From Solirubrobacterales bacterium (GTDB lineage Bacteria > Actinomycetota > Thermoleophilia > Solirubrobacterales > 70-9), in assembly GCA_035549645.1 (NCBI GenBank), contig DASZQM010000209.1:1-49864 (forward strand): a DNA stretch of 49,864 nucleotides. Reading direction: 5' to 3'. Position numbers and translations under genes: made by a program. Of this stretch, positions 44,010 to 49,864 are shown piece after piece. Numbering within the stretch: the first letter of the stretch is position 1; every line of letters starts with the position of its first letter. The notes beneath the pieces are model-generated. The model was not told where the DNA came from and searched no databases. It saw only the letters and a list, made by a program, of their open reading frames with translations.

Positions 44010-45264
44010 GTGACGAGGAACAGCGGGCAGCTCAGCGTCAGACTCTCCGAGGGCGACGGCGCCAGTGGAAGAGCGTGCTGCGGTATCCCCGAGGACCGTT
44101 TCCCGGAGGCGTTGGCCGAAACGATCTACGAGATCGAGACGACTCCTTTTCCGCCCGCCGCGTGCGTGAACGGCTTGCTTCTCGCAACTGGGGCCGGCCT
44201 CTCCGACGAGGGGAAGGTGATCGTCGAAGTGTTCGCCGAGTATGGCTCGGCCCACCTTCCCGGTTACTCGGCGGCGCTCGAGTTGATCGAGACCCACGAC
44301 TCGGCGAGGGACACTGCGATCGCACTCGCCGAATCGATCGCTGCGGGCACTGCTGCTCTCTGCGTGGGCCGAGCTTCCCAACAGCTGGCCCGAGCTGGCG
44401 AGGCAGGCGGCAGCCGCCATCGCCACCTCGCTCGAGGACGAGGCCGGACCCGAGGATCATCTGACGCCGAAGGACCGCGGATGTCTGGCGCGCTGGGCGA
44501 GCGCCGGCGACCAGGCAAAGATCGCCAGCGACCTCGTGGACCTCCTCATATCTCCGGGAGAGATCGGGGTACACCGCTACGAAGCCGCGAAGGGCCTGGG
44601 CGCCTTGGCGAAAGGGATCGACGAGGAGCTCGCAGCCGACGTCCTCGACCGGCTCGTCGCCGGACGGGACGGAATCGGCACCGCCTCGACGGTCGTCGAG
44701 CGCGGATCGGACCTCAACCCGGCCTTTGCACGAACGCTCCTGCGGACGCCGGCTGAAGAGGACCATGTCGTGGCGATGGCTCTACGGGCTGAGGTGGAGT
44801 TGGCGGCACGCACGGGGCGGCTTGCCGAGATCCGCCCGGCTGTCGAGGCGGGCATCGCCGAGGAGGCGGTGGAGATCCGCGCGATGGCTCTCGACTGTGC
44901 CATCGCCCATCGCGACCTTCTTGACGTCGATCTCCGGGCTTCGGTGACCGACGCAGACCCGACGATCCGGGCGCTGGCGCTCAAAGGTCTCGCGGATCGC
45001 GGCGAGGTGAAGGCCGAAGATCCGGCGCTGCTTGCGGCGGCGGGGGCCTCGGAACCGCTGGGGATCAGGTCCGCCGCGATGCGCATCGCCAGAGCCGATT
45101 GCGAGGACCATCGGGAGATACTCGAGATACTTGCCCGAGACCCCAATGTGTTCGTCCGGGCGGCCGCGCGCACCGCCCTGCGAGGGGCTCCAGCCGTCGT
45201 AGATGAGGCTGATCCTGGGCGACAAGAGGCCCGGCAGGTGGTAGAGCCGATGGACGCCCGTTGA
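44010..45264 (+). pseudogene. HEAT/PBS-lyase-like repeat protein with an apparent frameshift near 44340-44360
   Basis: Frame 0 is protein-like up to ...AIALAESIAAG, then becomes Arg/Gly junk. Frame 1 is protein-like from ~44341 (LLLSAWAELPNSWPELARQAAAAIATSLEDE...) and has no start codon before 44536. Downstream HEAT-like repeats include DPTIRALALKGLADRG and DPNVFVRAAARTAL. Confidence 0.55.
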
Positions 45265-46022
45265 GGTCCTTCCTCCGACCCGGGACCGCTCGCTGGCGGC
45301 GGCGCGGGGAAGCCGAGCTGATCGCGGTGCGCTCGCGGTTCGGTGAGCTCGACGAACGCTGCTCGCCGGGTCGCGTGCACGAGGTCCATCTGGAGTTGCT
45401 CGGCGCTTTCGGCCGCAGCATCGGCTTTGACTTCTTCGGGAGGACGCCGATCGAGCCGCCGGAGCAGGAGTCGACCTACGTCTTCGGGCGCTTTGACCGG
45501 CGGGCCCGCGATCGCGAGTTCGGGCTCCACCTCACCGCGGAGCGGTCGGCAGGTTCCCCGACGATGCGGATCGCCCGCCTGATCGACCTCTACCTGCCTG
45601 AGCCGAGCCGCCGTCAGGGGGCGGGAACAAGATTGATGGACGTCCTGCTGGAACTGTGGGAGCGGATCGGGATCGAGGAAGTCAGGGCGACGACCGTCGG
45701 CGACGGTCAGTGGGCGTTCCCGTCGTGGGGTTTCGAGCCCGACCCGGTCCGCCCTCCCGACAGCGGACTCTTGCCGCTGCGCCTGCGGCTGCCGAGGAAG
45801 GCGCTGAGGGTCGACGGAAAGCACGGCGAGGCGCAGGCCGGGAGCGATGTGATCCGAGTCGGGAACTTCAGGCGAGAAGTTCCCGAAATCGCGGAGGACG
45901 GTTCAAGATCGCCGACCTCCCTGGGCGCAATCCCGACGATGAGTCCGATTATGCACGTCTGGGCGACTGCCCCAGTGGAGCCGACCCAAGAGGCCGGTTC
46001 CTCGCCCGGTCGACGGCTCTAA
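45261..46022 (+). CDS. GNAT-like acetyltransferase; the 3' end is uncertain because it runs through repeat R2
   Basis: RRQGAGTRLMDVLLELWERIGIEEV...WGFEP resembles GNAT motif A (Q/RxxGxG/A). The TTG start overlaps the upstream stop. Confidence 0.45.
   Translation: MRSFLRPGTARWRRRGEAELIAVRSRFGELDERCSPGRVHEVHLELLGAFGRSIGFDFFGRTPIEPPEQESTYVFGRFDRRARDREFGLHLTAERSAGSPTMRIARLIDLYLPEPSRRQGAGTRLMDVLLELWERIGIEEVRATTVGDGQWAFPSWGFEPDPVRPPDSGLLPLRLRLPRKALRVDGKHGEAQAGSDVIRVGNFRREVPEIAEDGSRSPTSLGAIPTMSPIMHVWATAPVEPTQEAGSSPGRRL
45844..45931 (+). repeat. Repeat R2: second copy of the ~87-nt hairpin element
   Basis: Hairpin GGGAACTTC-AGGCGA-GAAGTTCCC at 45861-45884. The stem is identical to R1 but the loop differs. 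Confidence 0.75.
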
Positions 46023-46180
46023 CGCTCCCCAGTCGGCGCATGGTGCCTCAGAATAGGGCGGTGAATCTCAGGCCAAGCAGTCTGAACCTGTCGTCCACCG
46101 GCCTGATCAGCCGACAGCGGTTCGAGGCCTTCTCCACCGCACGCCGGGACGCGGGTCGGCGGATTCGTCGAAGCCTTGGC

Positions 46181-49100
46181 ATGTCAGGACCCGCCGTCGT
46201 GCCTCCCGCCGAGGATTTGAGGCATAACCTCCTGCGCCTTGGTCCCGACGGAGAACGGGCCGAGCGTTTTCTTTGCGAGGCTGCTCGGCAACTGACGCGC
46301 AGGGGAGAGATGCAGGGCGAGGTCGTCGCCTATCTCTTGCGGGAGGCCTTGGGCGCACTGCTCAAACTCGGCGGCGAGAAGCCCTTCGATCTGAAGCAGA
46401 GCGCGCAGCGCGTCGTCACGGCGTCGAAGCTGCCCGAGGAGGACGGTGGATCGCGGAACGATCTGGAGCGTGTCATCGGCGAACTTGAGCGGGCGCTGGG
46501 GAACCCCAACGAGGCGCGCCTCGAAGACGCCGTCAGGATCATCAGCAGGCGCAGGCCGCTCCGCGGCGACGCCGACCTTCTCGATGCTTATTTGGACCGA
46601 CTGGAAGAGGCCAACAACGGACTCCACGACCGGATTGGCCGCGGGCGCGCTGTCCACCTTTACGAGGGAACGATCGACGTGGTCGCCTCGCTCTTCGGGC
46701 CGCTCGTCTCGCGACTGGCAAGCATTGACGCCCTTCTTGCGATCGACTCCCCTTCCGCCGACGATGCGAGGCGGCTGCTCTCGCAGGTTGGCGACGATCG
46801 CCACCTCCTCTACTTCTTCGAAAAAGTGGAAGGGCCGGGTTGGTTCCAAGCCCTTCGTGAGAGCGCAATCCTTCACGCTCCCGCCGAGGGCGGCTGGCCG
46901 GCCGGCCCCTATCTGCAGCGATTGCTTCCGGATCACCCCGATCTCGTCCGGGAATGGCTGATCGAACGCGCCTCTGAAGACCTAAACACGAATCAGGCCT
47001 TCTTCCTACTGCGGATCGCGACGGGGCTGAAGGGAGATGTCGCCGATCTCATCGCCGACCTGGCCCAAGGACACCTGGATTCGCCGCAGGTCGAGATCTT
47101 GGTGGAGAACTACCTCAGAGACCTCTCGGATCGGGAGATCCGCGCCGGTGGTCTGCAGCGTCTAGTGATCGAGTCCCTTAAGGGGGCCCTCGGCGGGGAT
47201 CGCCAGGCGGGTCACTTCCTGCTTGCCGCGCGCATTCTGGACGTCGCCGAACGAGGCCTCGCGATTGACCCGGAAGGGTGGCTTCCGGTCTTCGTCTACC
47301 GTCTTCGCGAACTCGCTGAGAATGAGTCGACGCTGCGCCTGCAGACGATTCGACCGCTCGCCGAGCTCCGTGTCGACTCTCGCAGCCGCTCGGCATTGGA
47401 GTTGATGTGCGGGGCTGTCCGAGCGGCCGCAGCGGGCGCGTCGGCCGCCGGGATGTCGGACGAGAAAGTGAGCTTCTGGCTCGGCAAGCTGAGGGAGCCG
47501 CTGCGTGACAGGCTTCTAGCCCGCTGGCTTCGCGAGCGCGAGAACCTCGCACTCGCGTCCCGGCTCCTGCCGGAATGGATCGCCGCTGAGGTGCGCCCCA
47601 GTCCCGAGCAGCTTGACCTGTTGCGCTGGGTCTTCGAGCAGGGAGGCTCCTCGTTCGCGGAGGGTGTCCGCGAAGCTCTCGGCCCAGCTCCCGAGACCGA
47701 GGAGATTGATGGACTCTCTGCCGACGAGACGCTCCCCGACCACCTTCGTCGACCTCACAACTGGCTGGTTGCGATCCCGGAAGCCGAGCGCGGCCGGTGG
47801 GGGGGCGCCGATCGTCTTCTGGACGAGCGCTTCGGCGCGGCGTCGGAGGACGGTGTCCTATTCCGCGTGGGGCCAGCGAGATTCGCGGGGGCCCAGAGCC
47901 CCATCTCGGTCGAGGAGCTCGCCGCCGTCTCGCCGCTCGAGGCGGCCCGCCGCATCAACGCTTGGAAGGAGCCTCCGGAACGCTCCTTCCTGGCTCCGTC
48001 GGCGGCGGGACTAGCGGATGCAATCGGCGATGTGGTCGAGAAAAACAAGGCGGCATGGCTGGACGCCGATCCCCGTCAGATCGTCGACGCCTTGGTGGGG
48101 CCTCGCTTCATCGCCTCCTATCTCGGAGCCGTCGAGAAAGCACTCGACGACCTAAGCGAGGAACGGGTGGGTCAGATCGTTGAGACGGTCGCCGGGATCC
48201 AGGCTCATGCGGCGGCGGCCCGAAGTGAGGAAGTCGAGGACACCGACGACTGGACCTACGCCTCCCATCTCGGTATCCGCCTGATCGGCGCCCTGGCCGA
48301 TCGGGGTCGGCTGGCGGACGACGACTTCGAGCTCGCCTGGGAGACGGTTCTCGCGGCGGTGGGGGAGAGAGGGCCGGAATCCGGGGCCGAGGGCGATGTT
48401 CTCTCCAGGGCGATCAACCGACCGTGGAGCTCGGCGCTGGAGGCCGCCTTTAGTCTCGGTGGCATGGGGGACGGTGTCGATCGACGTCTCCTCGACCTGG
48501 TCGACGACCTGCTGCTATTGCCCCGCCCGGCTGGCGAACTTGCCAGGGCGATCATCGCCACCCGAATCCCCTGGCTCCGCCACATCGACGCAGACTGGTT
48601 CTCGGGTGCCGAAGAAGGTTTGCTCGGCGCCTCGGCACCCGAAGGCCTCGGCGATCTGACCTTCGCCACCTACCTTGAGTGGGGCCGCCCAACCACCGAG
48701 CTGCTTCATGACCAGCACGACCGCATCGCCGCCGCACTCGTCGGAGACACCGCCGAGTTCGCACTGCGGCACGTTATTCACGGTCTGTTCTGGGAGTTGC
48801 CCGGCTACGCCGCGGCCGACGTCTGCGATCTACTGGCGGACAAGCCCGAGCTCTTCTCCGAAGCGGCAAGGTCGCTCGCCCTGGCGCTGACCGAAGACGA
48901 TGAGAATTCGTCTGGACCGCCCGCGGGCCCGGCACTCGCGCTCTGGCGCGAGGCGCTCGCGGCCGGGCTTCCCGCCGATGCGTATGCCGGTTGGGGCTCG
49001 TTTGCGTTTGCCGACAGGGTCGACGACCGCGACTGGCTCGAGCTGACGCTCCGTACCGCGGCTGTCCCATCGGTCAATCTCGTCGAGCCCGATCAGATCG

Positions 49101-49312
49101 CTGAGAGAGCCGAGAGGATGGCTACCGACGAGCAGGCCCTCGAACTAGTTGCGTTTCTCCTTGGGGCGGACCCGAAGGCTTGGGAGCTCGAACGCATCGG
49201 TGCGGTGGGACTTCGCCTCCTACGCAGCGGCACCGGATCTCCTGCGGTGCGCGGGGAGCTACGCGAGCGTCTGCTCGAGCGCGGATTCAATGAGGCGACT
49301 GAGATCGACTAA
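46181..49312 (+). CDS. Large (~1040 aa) all-helical repeat protein, function unknown
   Basis: Long protein-like ORF rich in Leu/Ala/Glu/Arg helices. The upstream part of the track ORF (45656-46180) crosses R2 and the GNAT-like gene and is junk. An alternative ATG exists at 46040. Confidence 0.6.
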   Translation: MSGPAVVPPAEDLRHNLLRLGPDGERAERFLCEAARQLTRRGEMQGEVVAYLLREALGALLKLGGEKPFDLKQSAQRVVTASKLPEEDGGSRNDLERVIGELERALGNPNEARLEDAVRIISRRRPLRGDADLLDAYLDRLEEANNGLHDRIGRGRAVHLYEGTIDVVASLFGPLVSRLASIDALLAIDSPSADDARRLLSQVGDDRHLLYFFEKVEGPGWFQALRESAILHAPAEGGWPAGPYLQRLLPDHPDLVREWLIERASEDLNTNQAFFLLRIATGLKGDVADLIADLAQGHLDSPQVEILVENYLRDLSDREIRAGGLQRLVIESLKGALGGDRQAGHFLLAARILDVAERGLAIDPEGWLPVFVYRLRELAENESTLRLQTIRPLAELRVDSRSRSALELMCGAVRAAAAGASAAGMSDEKVSFWLGKLREPLRDRLLARWLRERENLALASRLLPEWIAAEVRPSPEQLDLLRWVFEQGGSSFAEGVREALGPAPETEEIDGLSADETLPDHLRRPHNWLVAIPEAERGRWGGADRLLDERFGAASEDGVLFRVGPARFAGAQSPISVEELAAVSPLEAARRINAWKEPPERSFLAPSAAGLADAIGDVVEKNKAAWLDADPRQIVDALVGPRFIASYLGAVEKALDDLSEERVGQIVETVAGIQAHAAAARSEEVEDTDDWTYASHLGIRLIGALADRGRLADDDFELAWETVLAAVGERGPESGAEGDVLSRAINRPWSSALEAAFSLGGMGDGVDRRLLDLVDDLLLLPRPAGELARAIIATRIPWLRHIDADWFSGAEEGLLGASAPEGLGDLTFATYLEWGRPTTELLHDQHDRIAAALVGDTAEFALRHVIHGLFWELPGYAAADVCDLLADKPELFSEAARSLALALTEDDENSSGPPAGPALALWREALAAGLPADAYAGWGSFAFADRVDDRDWLELTLRTAAVPSVNLVEPDQIAERAERMATDEQALELVAFLLGADPKAWELERIGAVGLRLLRSGTGSPAVRGELRERLLERGFNEATEID

Positions 49313-49472
49313 CCCGCACCCGACGCGACCCGCCGTGGAGACGATTCGTAGGGTTACCCACCCGTTTCCGAAGGGCGGGCTCTCCCCCGTCTGAGCGTGC
49401 CCGCCTGACGGACCGCACCGGCCGTCGCTCACTTCTGCTTCCACGCGAGAGCAGTTGTGTCAGGATCGCCGC

Positions 49473-49864
49473 ATGGCAGATGAATCGGTCGCGGACCGAC
49501 TCCGCGGATACGGCGCGAAGGGCATCCTTGTGCAGATGGCCGAACGTGGGCAGATTCTTGAGCTGAAGTGCGAGATGCCGCAGTGCTATCACCCCAACGG
49601 ACGCGACAAGTTCGAATCGCTCGCGACGGAGCGCAGGTTGTGGGCGCCCTCGCGCGACCACTACCCGATCCTCAATTCGGCCGGTGGAAAGCTACGTGCC
49701 GACAACGTTCGGCTGTCCCATACCGAGTGCAATCAGCGTGACCACACGCGGCGGAAGCAGATCGGGGCATTGCTTCTTGCAGGCGAATCGCTGGAAGACA
49801 TCGCCGACACGCTGAACCGCAAGAAGACCCCCGCGTTTCACGGAACGAAACGATGGACGGCGGC
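49473..49864 (+). CDS. HNH-like nuclease motif protein, 3'-partial (runs off the window)
   Basis: My own translation from the ATG at 49473: MADESVADRLRGYGAKGILVQMAERGQILELKCEMPQCYHPNGR...DHYPILNSAGGKLRADNVRLSHTECNQRDH (HNH-like C...DH...N...H..CN), followed by an HTH-like SLEDIADTLNRKKTPAFHGTKRW. Not in the ORF track because there is no stop in the window. Confidence 0.45.
   Translation, partial: MADESVADRLRGYGAKGILVQMAERGQILELKCEMPQCYHPNGRDKFESLATERRLWAPSRDHYPILNSAGGKLRADNVRLSHTECNQRDHTRRKQIGALLLAGESLEDIADTLNRKKTPAFHGTKRWTA

Noticed and set aside
43877-44464. 195-aa ORF starting in repeat R1.
   Set aside because: Arg-rich junk translation. It overlaps the better-supported HEAT-repeat frame.
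45656-46180. N-terminal 175-aa extension of the 1218-aa ORF.
   Set aside because: It overlaps the GNAT-like gene and repeat R2, and the translation is Arg/Gly-rich junk. It even duplicates the peptide read through R1 in ORF 43877..44464. Coding character starts around 46040-46181.
49287-49661. 124-aa minus-strand ORF at the window end.
   Set aside because: The opposite-strand frame from 49473 gives an HNH-like motif and better composition. The minus ORF is Arg-rich.

Overview
High-G+C bacterial chromosome segment, probably Actinomycetota-like (judged from codon and composition style only). It has four blocks.

(1) ~1-14.5 kb: a cell-envelope glycan cluster. It encodes a clan GH-A hydrolase, two NAD-dependent sugar epimerase/dehydratases, two GT4 glycosyltransferases, a Wzx-type flippase, a WecA/MraY-type initiating transferase, a GT-C (PMT_2/ArnT-like) membrane transferase and two O-antigen-ligase/Wzy-like proteins.

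(2) ~14.5-23.3 kb: housekeeping and small regulons. These are YjbQ, DUF2867-like, two TetR regulators, a DCC thiol oxidoreductase, a YciI-like protein, a cupin, a large secreted S8 protease, XthA and glutamate decarboxylase.

(3) 23.3-27.8 kb: a complete His-Xaa-Ser (Hxs) radical-SAM peptide-maturation locus, hxsA-hxsD-hxsB-hxsC. It is translationally coupled to a divergent CorA-like channel. Next to it is a Cys-rich secreted protein split by an in-frame TAA.

(4) 29.0-43.8 kb: a ~14.8 kb genomic island in tRNA-Ala(CGC), bounded by a perfect 42-nt direct repeat of the tRNA 3' half. It carries a tyrosine integrase, a replication-relaxation protein, a PIN toxin-antitoxin pair, two AbiEi-like genes and two candidate anti-phage modules. 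One module is a SIR2-TPR protein with a downstream membrane protein. The other is a visibly lower-G+C two-gene operon (SAP-domain protein plus Zn-ribbon/PNP-nucleosidase protein).

Beyond the tRNA lies a further accessory patch. It holds a frameshifted HEAT-repeat gene and a GNAT-like gene, flanked by ~87-nt hairpin repeats, then a ~1040-aa helical protein and a partial HNH-like gene.

No rRNA and no CRISPR array were seen. Many long antisense or off-frame ORFs in the track are high-GC shadow ORFs and were ignored.
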